A stretch of DNA of 64,000 nt from Rhynchobatus australiae. Taxonomy: Eukaryota. Under the pieces are notes generated by a model that ran no database searches, was not told the DNA's origin, and was given only the letters and a program-made list of their open reading frames with translations. The stretch spans positions 1-64,000 of the forward strand of contig JAUZTB010015204.1 of NCBI GenBank assembly GCA_034780895.1, in the 5' to 3' direction. The translations under genes were made by a program, and so were the position numbers. This document shows, piece after piece, positions 63,601 to 64,000 of the stretch. Position 1 is the stretch's first letter, and every line of letters starts with the position of its first letter.

Positions 63601-64000
63601 AGCAGAGCAAGCAGCAGTTGATAAAAACGCTGTTAATATTGACAAAAGTATCGAATTAACTAATAAAACGACTCTTGCAAGCGAAGCTTTGAGTGATTTA
63701 GGAACGACCCTTAGTTCTTTGAATACTTTTCTTGGTGATGATAAGCAAATTGTAGCGACTGATGGAGTTACTGTTAGTCTTAAGCTAGATGCAAATCAAG
63801 CTCCGATGATAGTTGCTAATGATAATGATAGAACTATTATTGTTACCTTAATCTTATCTAAAGGAAGTGCGAATAAAGAAATTAATGTAACTATAAGTGG
63901 ATTTTTTACTACTGATCAATTTGTAAAAACAAATCTTGCTACAAAATTAAAAGAATATCTTGATAAAGATAGTAATAGTGATTTCTTTTCTTTAACTGAA
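60668..64000 (+). CDS. Large repeat-containing surface lipoprotein (lipoprotein-associated-domain type), partial
   Basis: AAAGGA RBS, lipobox LSLSAC and an open frame to the window end. Repeated ~105-aa units ending in DxxNGTISV..ITxxGF. Confidence 0.88.
62006..63910 (+). repeat. Two interleaved ~310-330 bp repeat unit types inside the lipoprotein gene
   Basis: A 69-bp exact match at 62414 and 62726, with a near copy at 63367. cttcaagctgatcaaaaagc occurs at 62006 and 62957, with a diverged copy near 63600. Confidence 0.85.

Overview
Very AT-rich Mollicute (Mycoplasma-type) chromosomal DNA. It uses genetic code 4: TGA reads as Trp, so the supplied ORF track is fragmented and I re-joined ORFs by hand. 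The window carries P80/P60-like membrane proteins, a tandem-domain choline-kinase-like gene, a DUF31/MIP-like protease lipoprotein, nox and dps. It also holds a glycerol/DHA catabolic cluster (dhaKLM, glpO-glpK-glpF, MFS-glpQ), rpmH-rnpA-yidC, an SF1 helicase operon, tsaE/tsaB/tsaD, a K+ channel, msrB and rpmB. Further on are an NCS2 purine permease behind a purine-riboswitch-like leader, an ECF transporter with His-rich partners, two DHH phosphoesterases, a flavin disulfide reductase, a sugar ABC transporter, deoC, uvrA-hprK-lgt, a lipase, a P-type ATPase and a large repeat lipoprotein running off the end. The main observation is that tsaE continues in frame, with no stop, into an IS256-transposase-derived domain that has lost its catalytic residues. 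A second, more divergent IS256-N-terminal-like ORF lies about 18 kb away, which suggests domesticated transposase domains. All family assignments come from reading motifs by eye; no database searches were run.
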